IMG/VR virus record: IMGVR_UViG_3300012920_000040
Location: 1-61,804 of that record
DNA length: 61,804 nt
From: a virus
Lineage: Duplodnaviria; Caudoviricetes
Strand: one strand, 5' to 3'
The translations under genes and the position numbers were made by a program. Positions 28,014 through 36,093 of this stretch are shown piece after piece. A model generated the notes under the pieces. The model saw only the letters and a program-made list of their open reading frames with translations. It ran no database searches and was not told where the DNA came from. Position 1 is the stretch's first letter, and each line of letters starts with the position of its first letter.

Positions 28014-30775
28014 TGTTTGATCAAGGACTATTCCAATCACATTTTGTAGGAAGAGATGGATTTATCTGGTGGATAGGTCAAGTTGCTAGCGAGGAATCCT
28101 GGAAAAACAATATTCCTGGCACTCCTTTAGATGATAACAGTGAGATTCAGGGATTTGGTGAGAGATATAGAGTCAGGATTATGGGTTACCATACTGCTGA
28201 CATCTCAGCAATACCTGATGAAGAATTGCCTTGGGCATATGTAATGTATCCTGTGACAGCAGGTAGTGGTGCTAGATCATCAACACAATCTGCTAATTTA
28301 GCACAGGGTTCTTTTGTCACTGGATTTTTTATTGATGGTGAGAATGCTCAACTCCCAATTATTATGGGATGTATTGGATACAATGATTTACAAGCAGTCA
28401 ATAAGAACCTACCCCCTACAAGATTCTTACCCTTCAGTGGTTACACAGAGAATGATTATGTTTCATATTCTGCTCAAAAGGCAGAGTCAGGTGGAGAACA
28501 AGTAGAACAGAATGCATCACAGGTTGATGGAGTTGGAAAAGTTGTAGAGGCAGCAGCATCAGGAGCTGGTGCTAGTATCAATGCTACTCTTAGTGAGAGT
28601 GTTCAGGCAGGTAAGAGTGTAAAAGATGCAGCATCTGCAATATCAGCACAAGAATCAGCAGCACCACTTGCTTCAGCTGAGGACTGTGAACCTATTCCAC
28701 TTGGAAGAATCCAAAAACAAATGGCAAATGCCATTGTAGAAGTTCAAAAAGCACAGGCATCAATCTACAAATATCAAGCAGCAGTACAAAATAATATAGC
28801 TGACATTCAAAAATTTATTAATGAGAAAATACAAATAGCATCTGAGAAAATTGCTGAATCATTGAAGTGGGTCTTTGTTCAAGCACAGAAGTTTGTAATT
28901 GAAAAAACAAGTGAGGTAATGAAGAACACATACTATTTGTTGTTCCCTAATGAGAGACCAGGATTGAAGACAGCAGTTGATAGTGTTCTTGACTTGATTG
29001 CTTGTCTGTTCAGAAAATTAATTGCTGGACTGTTAGGAATGGTCAAAGCATTTATGGAAGAGGCAGCAGGTAAAGTAATCAATGCTGCTCAATGTCTTGT
29101 AGAAAACTTTGTTGCCTCAACTCTTGGTCAAATCATTGCTAAGGTAAGCAATGCTGTCAATCAAGCACTCAGTTCTATTACTTCACTTGTAGGACAAGCA
29201 GCATCTCTTGCTGGTGATGTCCTGGGTTTGATTGTTGACCTTCTCTCATTCCTCTCCTGTGATGAGAAACCAGAATGCTCATCAATTAATGAGTGGAATA
29301 TTTTAAGTGGTGGAAATCAAATTGACTTTGGTGACATTGAATCATTGATTGGCAAAGCAAAGAATTTTGCCTCAGGATTTGATAATGCCACTGACCTTGA
29401 CAACTTTGATTTTGATTTAAACTTTGATAATATTTTTGCTGAGGGGAGTTGTGACATTGGACCTATCTTATGTGGTCCACCTGTAGCCTCATTTACTGGT
29501 GGGTTTGGAGCAGCAGGTAATTTAATTATTGGTGCTGCTGGTGAGGTGTTGGGTGTAGATATGCTCTCATTTGGTGTAGGATATGAAGGAACATCATATG
29601 GTAGCGTAGTTGATGCTTGTGGTAAAGGTTCAGGCGCAGTTATCAAACCAGTATTTGGTGAGGTTGAGGTAGTTGATCCTGATGACCCACAACCTACAAC
29701 AGATTTGCCAACTACAACTGACCCAAGACCTGATGATCAAAAACTACCACCTGGTAGCACCACTATTGGAATTATTGACATCACTATTGATGAACCAGGT
29801 AGTGGTTACTTACCTGCCCCTGATGGTAGCAAAGGAGGAAATGAAAATACTTGGGCAGAACCTGATGATACAATTGTAAAAGGACCAGATGGAACATATC
29901 TTGTGCCTGCTCCTCCTGGTGAGGTCATCACTGTGAATCCAGGTGATGTAGTTACCTTGCCCCCATCAACAACTGTTATTACTGAACCACAACCTGGTGG
30001 TGGTTTTGTTCCTACAAATCCTGGCACTGGATTACCTGGTGGTGGGACTCAACCAGTCCCTGGCACTCCTGGTGGTGGTCCTGGTACAATCACCCCTGTC
30101 ACTCCTGGCACTCCATTCACCCCTGGTCCTGGTGGTGGTACAACTCCTGGCATCCCTGGTGGTGGAGGAGGCACCCCTGGTGTTCCTGGCACTCCTGGTG
30201 GTGGAAGCACTCCTGGTGGTCCTGGTGGTGGAGGAGGCACCCCTGGTGTTCCTGGCACTCCTGGTGGTGGAAGCACTCCTGGTGGTCCTGGTGGAACTCC
30301 TGGTGGACCTGGTGATGGTGGTCAAGGTGGTGGAGAGGAAATTCCTGGTGGTATAGATTATGTTGTTCAACTTCCTGGTGTTTTCACAACACCCAAACCT
30401 GACCTTGAAAATGTCTCTCAACTATACCCCTCTTCAGGAAGTGGTTCTTATCCAGTCATCCTATACCTTTGTGAAGTTAGAGTTATTGAGTCTGGAATTA
30501 GATACAAATCTACTGATGAACTTATAATTGAACCTGATATTGGTGCCAAGGGTGCATTCACCGTTGATAAACAAGGAAGGATTACATCAGTCAAAATAAC
30601 TGAGAGTGGTGAGGGATTCACTGAGTATCCTAGAATTATTATTAGATCAGAGACAGGTTATAATGCTGTATTGAGACCAAAACTTTGTATAGATAGAATT
30701 GGTGAGGATAGATTCAAATCACCTGGAATTCAAGATCAGATTGTAACAGTTATTGATTGTGTAGGTAAGTTCTGA
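28013..30775 (+). CDS. gp5: gp5-like baseplate hub/spike protein (N-terminal OB fold)
   Basis: GRDGFIWWIGQV, RVRIMGYH, LPWA, GFFIDG..QLPIIMG. Confidence 0.85.
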   Translation: MFDQGLFQSHFVGRDGFIWWIGQVASEESWKNNIPGTPLDDNSEIQGFGERYRVRIMGYHTADISAIPDEELPWAYVMYPVTAGSGARSSTQSANLAQGSFVTGFFIDGENAQLPIIMGCIGYNDLQAVNKNLPPTRFLPFSGYTENDYVSYSAQKAESGGEQVEQNASQVDGVGKVVEAAASGAGASINATLSESVQAGKSVKDAASAISAQESAAPLASAEDCEPIPLGRIQKQMANAIVEVQKAQASIYKYQAAVQNNIADIQKFINEKIQIASEKIAESLKWVFVQAQKFVIEKTSEVMKNTYYLLFPNERPGLKTAVDSVLDLIACLFRKLIAGLLGMVKAFMEEAAGKVINAAQCLVENFVASTLGQIIAKVSNAVNQALSSITSLVGQAASLAGDVLGLIVDLLSFLSCDEKPECSSINEWNILSGGNQIDFGDIESLIGKAKNFASGFDNATDLDNFDFDLNFDNIFAEGSCDIGPILCGPPVASFTGGFGAAGNLIIGAAGEVLGVDMLSFGVGYEGTSYGSVVDACGKGSGAVIKPVFGEVEVVDPDDPQPTTDLPTTTDPRPDDQKLPPGSTTIGIIDITIDEPGSGYLPAPDGSKGGNENTWAEPDDTIVKGPDGTYLVPAPPGEVITVNPGDVVTLPPSTTVITEPQPGGGFVPTNPGTGLPGGGTQPVPGTPGGGPGTITPVTPGTPFTPGPGGGTTPGIPGGGGGTPGVPGTPGGGSTPGGPGGGGGTPGVPGTPGGGSTPGGPGGTPGGPGDGGQGGGEEIPGGIDYVVQLPGVFTTPKPDLENVSQLYPSSGSGSYPVILYLCEVRVIESGIRYKSTDELIIEPDIGAKGAFTVDKQGRITSVKITESGEGFTEYPRIIIRSETGYNAVLRPKLCIDRIGEDRFKSPGIQDQIVTVIDCVGKF
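30155..30294 (+). repeat. Perfect 66-bp tandem duplication in Gly/Pro/Thr tract of gp5
   Basis: 30155-30220 equals 30221-30286 (PGGGGGTPGVPGTPGGGSTPGG), partial third copy. Confidence 0.92.
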
Positions 30776-31359
30776 TGGCAGAATTAAAAAACTATCATAC
30801 TATTAGGTATGGTCAGGCTGATGGTGAACTTAGATTTGGTCACATCACTGGTGATAATGTTCAATCAGCAGTGATGCTGAGATCAGGAAGATCTGGCAAT
30901 CATTACATCACATTGGATGTATCAGGTGAAGACCACAGAAAACATGGAACTCTGTGTAGGTCTACTGGATCATTCCAAATAAAAGCAGGTGACAATGTAG
31001 AGAAGGACAAACCTGGTGTTTACATTGAGGCAAATAGTGGTGACCTTATTTTAAGAGCACCAAGTGGAAGAGTGAGGATTGAGGGAGTTGATATTGATAT
31101 GGTTGCCAGTGGTCCCAATGGGGAGAGAGGTAACATTACCATGAGTGCCAATGAAAAAATCATTGCTAAAGCACAGATCATTAACATAAGTAGCAAAGTT
31201 AGTACAACAGTATTTTCTGAGAAAACTGTTGAGGTCATTGGTAATGGTATCCTAAATTGTTATGGTGGTATGTTTGAGTGTATTGATGGTGCCACAAAAT
31301 TAAATGAGTCTAAGGGTGGCAGTTCAGATTTTGAAAACCAAAGGAGGAAAATTATCTAA
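30775..31359 (+). CDS. Putative spike beta-strand repeat protein
   Basis: Alternating hydrophobic beta repeats (IEANSGDLILRAPSGRVRIEG); follows gp5. Confidence 0.6.
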   Translation: MAELKNYHTIRYGQADGELRFGHITGDNVQSAVMLRSGRSGNHYITLDVSGEDHRKHGTLCRSTGSFQIKAGDNVEKDKPGVYIEANSGDLILRAPSGRVRIEGVDIDMVASGPNGERGNITMSANEKIIAKAQIINISSKVSTTVFSEKTVEVIGNGILNCYGGMFECIDGATKLNESKGGSSDFENQRRKII

Positions 31360-32027
31360 TGGATGTACCTGATTTAAATATACGCAAAAGATTATTTGTT
31401 GGAGAAGGTAAACCAGAAATTTTGGGTAGAGGACCCTTGGAAGTTAGGGGTTCTGCTTATACTGAAGGTCCAAGCATCACAGGCAACCCCACTGAGTTTA
31501 ATAATGTAAATCCATTTGAACTTGGTGCCACAATGGCAGGGCAAAATGCCAACATTGAGATGAAACCTTTCCCTTTCTATGCATTCATTGCTAAGACATT
31601 TGCTAGGGTAAAGGGGTTCTTAAAATCTGATAAACTTTTTATCTCTGAGGGAATAAGATGTAAAGTTTTATTTGCTGAGGTCATTTTATCTAAGACTAAA
31701 AACTTTTGTATTCCTCACCCTCAAAAGAAAGGTTACAACTTAGTCTACTCCTGTCTTGAGGGACCAGAGAATGGTGTCTATGTAAGAGGAAGACTGAGAG
31801 GTGATGATGTTATTAGATTGCCTGAGGTGTGGAAAGGTTTTGTAACTGAAGACTCAATTACTGTGTCACTGACACCAGTTGGCATGGATCAAGGTCTTTA
31901 TGTAAAAGGAATGCAACAGTATCAAATTCTTGTTGCTGCCAAACCAGGAGTACCAATTGATTGTTTCTATCATGTGTATGCTGAGAGAAATGATGTACCT
32001 AAATTAGTAACAGAGAGGCCACAATAA
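31359..32027 (+). CDS. Structural protein with C-terminal intramolecular-chaperone-like domain
   Basis: KNFCIPHP..L.YSCLEGPE.GVYVRG..LP..W..V..ITVSLTP. Confidence 0.65.
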   Translation: MDVPDLNIRKRLFVGEGKPEILGRGPLEVRGSAYTEGPSITGNPTEFNNVNPFELGATMAGQNANIEMKPFPFYAFIAKTFARVKGFLKSDKLFISEGIRCKVLFAEVILSKTKNFCIPHPQKKGYNLVYSCLEGPENGVYVRGRLRGDDVIRLPEVWKGFVTEDSITVSLTPVGMDQGLYVKGMQQYQILVAAKPGVPIDCFYHVYAERNDVPKLVTERPQ

Positions 32028-32893
32028 TGCTTGGAGATTTTGACATTGCTACAGTCCCACAACCATTTAAGTTTAAACACTTTGGAACTTTTGCTGGACC
32101 ACAATACTTAGATAAGTCTGCCTTTGATTATGATTTGACATCAAAAGAAGGGGTATGGCATACATTACTACCACAAGATACCTCATTCAAAAGATTAGAC
32201 CTTGGTGCTTATCTGTTTAATAACGAGGCAGACTATATTGGTTTCCACTGTGACTTTGTAAGCACAGCACAGATGACACTGGAAGCATCTTATGGTAACA
32301 TTCCAGTCTTCAATGTCTTCTGCACTCAAACCAATATCACAGGAAATATTTACGCCCTTGGAGATATTGTTGCTGTTGGTAACATCAATGCCAATGGTAA
32401 TTTCTCATACACAGGTGCAATGACCTTCAATGGAGGATTTAACTTGAGTGGTGTTGGTGATGTAGCATCAAGAATCAATGCAAACACATCAATTGCTAAC
32501 TCTAAAAAGGGTTTTGACATTACTCATCCAACAAAGGATGGGCATAGACTGAGATACATTTGTATTGAGGGACCAGAGGCAGAAGTTTATATGAGAGGTA
32601 AGTTGATAGGAGCTAGCACCATTCAATTACCTGATGTCTGGAAGGATTTAGTTGACCCTGATAGTATTGGTGTCACACTCACACCCATGGGTTCATACCA
32701 AGAGTTGTTTGTAGAGTCAATCAACTGGGGTTCAAAAATCAATGTAAAGAATGCCTCTTCTGGTCCTATTAATTGCACATATGTTGTGTATGGAACAAGA
32801 AAAGATGTTGAGAGGAACATTCCTGAGTATAAGGGCTTGACAATGGCAGACTATCCAGGAGATAATAGTGAATATAATATCAATGGATTATGA
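32027..32893 (+). CDS. Structural protein, paralogous C-terminal domain to upstream gene
   Basis: KGFDITHP..LRYICIEGPEAEVYMRG..LPDVW. Confidence 0.65.
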   Translation: MLGDFDIATVPQPFKFKHFGTFAGPQYLDKSAFDYDLTSKEGVWHTLLPQDTSFKRLDLGAYLFNNEADYIGFHCDFVSTAQMTLEASYGNIPVFNVFCTQTNITGNIYALGDIVAVGNINANGNFSYTGAMTFNGGFNLSGVGDVASRINANTSIANSKKGFDITHPTKDGHRLRYICIEGPEAEVYMRGKLIGASTIQLPDVWKDLVDPDSIGVTLTPMGSYQELFVESINWGSKINVKNASSGPINCTYVVYGTRKDVERNIPEYKGLTMADYPGDNSEYNINGL

Positions 32894-33546
32894 TTCATGA
32901 AGTTTTTCCTCTAGCAATATACCAGGGGAAAGTTGAAGGTCATGATAAATTCAAAGATAATGTAGATGATTTGCGTGAGTATTGGTTTGATGGATATGAG
33001 AATGAGAGTCCAGAGTATTCAGGAAAAATATTTGTACATTTAAAGTATAAATCACTCTTCAATTCTATTAAGAAAAATATTGATGAATACTTTTCTGAAA
33101 TGAATGTTGATACATCATATCTCTCCTATCACATCATCAAATCTTGGGTTGGGTGCCACTTCAAAGACACTCCAGAATTAAAACCTCATCATCACAATGA
33201 ATCTAACATTAGTTTTGTCTATTATCTAAAGAGTAATAGTACCTCTGATAAATTTGTTATCTCACAAAGAGATAATAGAAATGAAGCAGTGGGTGGTTTG
33301 TTTGAGACTGGTCAAAGAAATTTAATTACATCATATAATAAGTACAACTGCAATTACTACACAGTAACACCAAAGGAGGGAACCATCCTTCTTTTCCCAA
33401 GTGATACATTACATCATACCTGGAAGTTTACTGAAAGATATGATGAAAGGATTGTCATTGCTGGTGATATTAGAATTACACTAAAGCAAAACAACCCTGA
33501 GTATCATCAAGGTTGCACACACCCAACACAGTGGTTGGAGTTATGA
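32890..33546 (+). CDS. 2OG-Fe(II) oxygenase-like protein
   Basis: SW, PHHH..ISFVYY, PKEG.ILLFPS.TLH, RIVIAG. Confidence 0.82.
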   Translation: MIHEVFPLAIYQGKVEGHDKFKDNVDDLREYWFDGYENESPEYSGKIFVHLKYKSLFNSIKKNIDEYFSEMNVDTSYLSYHIIKSWVGCHFKDTPELKPHHHNESNISFVYYLKSNSTSDKFVISQRDNRNEAVGGLFETGQRNLITSYNKYNCNYYTVTPKEGTILLFPSDTLHHTWKFTERYDERIVIAGDIRITLKQNNPEYHQGCTHPTQWLEL

Positions 33547-33854
33547 CCTGTTATAAATTTGTCACTGATGATAGAGTACCAATTCTTATTGAGCACTCTA
33601 AAATCTGTAGTCCTCCACCAAACCCAGAATATGTGGACAAGGTTGACACATCATATCCTGGTATTATCATTGAATATGATGGGGGATATCTATTGGAAGA
33701 TGGTCTTCACAGAATGGCTAAACTTCAGAAACAGGGTATCTTTGAATCATTGTTTTATGTTGTGACCATTGAAGAATATAAAAAAGGTGTGGTCCATATG
33801 ATGTTCCAGGGAGAACCAATTTCCTTGGGTGAATGGAATCATAATCAACTCTAA
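33543..33854 (+). CDS. Small ParB/Srx-like protein
   Basis: YPGIII...LLEDGLHR resembles the DGxHR motif. Confidence 0.55.
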   Translation: MTCYKFVTDDRVPILIEHSKICSPPPNPEYVDKVDTSYPGIIIEYDGGYLLEDGLHRMAKLQKQGIFESLFYVVTIEEYKKGVVHMMFQGEPISLGEWNHNQL

Positions 33855-33875
33855 ATATCTAAAAAAATAATTGAA

Positions 33876-34925
33876 ATGTCATCAGGATTTGCAGTTACAT
33901 CTTATGAGGGCAAGACACCAGCAGTTGGTATTCTTTCTGCCCAAACAATAGCAATTGATGAATTGAATAACCCATCCATTGCTGCTCCTCAAACTACGCT
34001 TGAGATCAACCAAGACAGATACGCCATGCTCTTGGAACCATGTGAAAATATTGATACTCAAATTATTAGTAGATTGGATCAGATTACAACAGACAAGACT
34101 AGTCTAGTTAATAACAGCAGTCATCCAAATTGGGTGGCAAATAGGCAGACTTATCCCTCAGAAAGTGCTGCTAGAAGTGCAGCAGAGAGTGCCTTTGGTG
34201 ATACTCTTACTGAGTCAGAGGGTATGACCAGACTACTGATGATTGCTCCTCCTGTGAGTGGAAGTATCAGTGCTGGTGCTGGAGTTACACAAGCAAATGG
34301 TGCTGCAGGAACAGTTCAAATTACTCAAAGTTACTCACCTGGTAGCACATTTGAGATTATTGTCAGAGGTGTTACTGGTTCCTTTGGTATTGGGTCTGTG
34401 TTTGGTCCTTCTGGTGTAATCACTGATTGTTCAGGGACAGATTTTGTTGGTACAGGTAGAGTCTATCCTGACAATGTAATCCTTACATTCTATCCTAGTC
34501 TTGAACCTCCCACTAGTGGTGTAGATAATCCATTTGACCCAGAGGAACTGCCACCTCTGAATAGTGGCAATAATGGAGTTGGTGTAGCAAATACATTCTA
34601 TAGGAATTCACTGACTAACCCTGGTAGTGGTCCAAATTCTGGTCTTGTTTACAGCACTAGTTCTTTAAATGATATTGGATATGTCTATTTAAATGCTGCT
34701 GGTCAGACACCCACTATCAGTGCCCTTATCTCAAATGTTGGGGCAGAAAGAACAGCACTTGCTGACCCTAATAATGCTGTTGATGTTATTAAGCGTGATA
34801 AGAGAGCACTAGCACAGAATGTTCATGCGCTTGTTAGAACAGGTAATTTATTAACAACTAGACAAGCAAATCTAAGGACAGCAGTGGGAATCCTTGAGGA
34901 CCCACAGTATGGTGGACCATATTAA
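33876..34925 (+). CDS. Hypothetical virion structural protein
   Basis: 349 aa, preceded by CTAAATA late-like motif. Confidence 0.7.
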   Translation: MSSGFAVTSYEGKTPAVGILSAQTIAIDELNNPSIAAPQTTLEINQDRYAMLLEPCENIDTQIISRLDQITTDKTSLVNNSSHPNWVANRQTYPSESAARSAAESAFGDTLTESEGMTRLLMIAPPVSGSISAGAGVTQANGAAGTVQITQSYSPGSTFEIIVRGVTGSFGIGSVFGPSGVITDCSGTDFVGTGRVYPDNVILTFYPSLEPPTSGVDNPFDPEELPPLNSGNNGVGVANTFYRNSLTNPGSGPNSGLVYSTSSLNDIGYVYLNAAGQTPTISALISNVGAERTALADPNNAVDVIKRDKRALAQNVHALVRTGNLLTTRQANLRTAVGILEDPQYGGPY

Positions 34926-34970
34926 AACTGGCACATTGCCCTTGACACTGCCCATTCACTGCCCTATAAT
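34926..34970 (+). promoter_or_regulatory. Consensus sigma70 early promoter with upstream AACTGGCACA element
   Basis: TTGACA(34942)-N17-TATAAT(34965). Confidence 0.88.
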
Positions 34971-34992
34971 TACAAGGTAACATAGAGGTTTT

Positions 34993-35226
34993 ATGACCAT
35001 CCCATCCCCTGATGACTACCTTATTGACAATGAAGGTGATGAGTATTTGATGAGGGTTGTCATTGATACCAGTCTCAGCAAGTTTTATCTTTACTCTAAT
35101 GAAGGTGAAACCAGAACTGTTGACTGTGATAACACTGACCAGTTTATGAATGTCCTTGAGTTAATCAATGCAGTGGTTCCTGATGAATGCATTGCATATG
35201 CTGAACCAGTTGTGTCAAAAGTCTAA
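34993..35226 (+). CDS. Conserved cyanophage hypothetical protein
   Basis: GAGG SD; FYLYSNEG..VDC..QFMNVL. Confidence 0.8.
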   Translation: MTIPSPDDYLIDNEGDEYLMRVVIDTSLSKFYLYSNEGETRTVDCDNTDQFMNVLELINAVVPDECIAYAEPVVSKV

Positions 35227-35356
35227 GCCATATATTATTTCAACTTTCAATTCAAAAAAAGTCCAAAAAAATATCCTGGGTAAAAAATGCCCTATTACTT
35301 TTTTATGAATAACTATAATGATGCCCTATACCAAGCAATCTTGGAATGTTACCAGT

Positions 35357-35539
35357 ATGAGAAGAGAAACCAGACAATCTATGGAAATGTTATTTGCTGC
35401 GAAATGGAACTTACCCAAAGCGGCAAACAACTGCAATTTAACCTTAAAGGAGATGAAAATCACATTTAATGAATATTGCAATTTAAACCCTCCTACCTAT
35501 AATGAGAAAGGTGAATATATTGGGAGTGTGGCGGAATAG
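35357..35539 (+). CDS. Conserved cyanophage hypothetical protein (overlaps tRNA)
   Basis: MEMLFAAKWNLPKAA..C.LT.KEMKITFNEYC. Confidence 0.7.
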   Translation: MRRETRQSMEMLFAAKWNLPKAANNCNLTLKEMKITFNEYCNLNPPTYNEKGEYIGSVAE

Positions 35540-35606
35540 GTAGACGCACCAGACTTAAAATCTGTTGAGCATTATGCTCGTGGGGGTTCAATTCCCCCCA
35601 CTCCTA
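35522..35606 (+). tRNA. trnL: tRNA-Leu(TAA), CCA not encoded
   Basis: Acceptor GGGAGTG/CACTCCT, anticodon loop CTTAAAA, long variable arm GAGCA/TGCTC, T arm GGGGG-TTCAATT-CCCCC. Confidence 0.95.
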
Positions 35607-35664
35607 TTTTGATGTGAATTTTGCATTATTCAAGATGATATAATACTTCTAATACTAACCTAAT

Positions 35665-35985
35665 ATGTCTACACTAGCATTACACAAATATGACAAAATA
35701 TATGCAAAATCAAGAAACCCATACAAAACACAAGAACATGTTAAATACAAGGAGGAGAAGGAAATACAGTTAAGACTGTATTTTAGATGCGAGTCCAGTC
35801 ATTACACTAAGCACATGAAAGTCAATTTCTGGTATTCCAATGATATGGAAGAATGGAGGTGGACACTCACCTCAGATGAAGATATCACTCTTCAAGAGAG
35901 TGGTAACAGAGAAGAACTTCGTGATGCTATGAATGATGTTGCCAATACAGTAGAGTATCTACTTGACAATGATATGATAAAGTGA
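35665..35985 (+). CDS. Hypothetical protein (start possibly 35815)
   Basis: C-half MKVNFWYS..WRWTL..QESG..AMNDVANTVEY. Confidence 0.65.
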   Translation: MSTLALHKYDKIYAKSRNPYKTQEHVKYKEEKEIQLRLYFRCESSHYTKHMKVNFWYSNDMEEWRWTLTSDEDITLQESGNREELRDAMNDVANTVEYLLDNDMIK

Positions 35986-35991
35986 TATAAT
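35963..35991 (+). promoter_or_regulatory. Consensus sigma70 promoter
   Basis: TTGACA-N17-TATAAT with extended TG. Confidence 0.88.
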
Positions 35992-35996
35992 TCACA

Positions 35997-36052
35997 AGTG
36001 TGAAGGAAGTTGCACTTAGTGCTAATCAAGGGGACTTAGGTCCCCTTTTTTT
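35997..36052 (+). ncRNA. Candidate ~55-nt small RNA
   Basis: Bounded by consensus promoter and terminator; no ATG-started ORF; 5' GTGTGAAGGAAGT. Confidence 0.65.
36028..36052 (+). terminator. Rho-independent terminator
   Basis: GGGGAC-TTAG-GTCCCC followed by T7. Confidence 0.9.
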
Positions 36053-36093
36053 ATGAATAAATAACTCATAACGGATTATAGTGCGTAAGAAAG

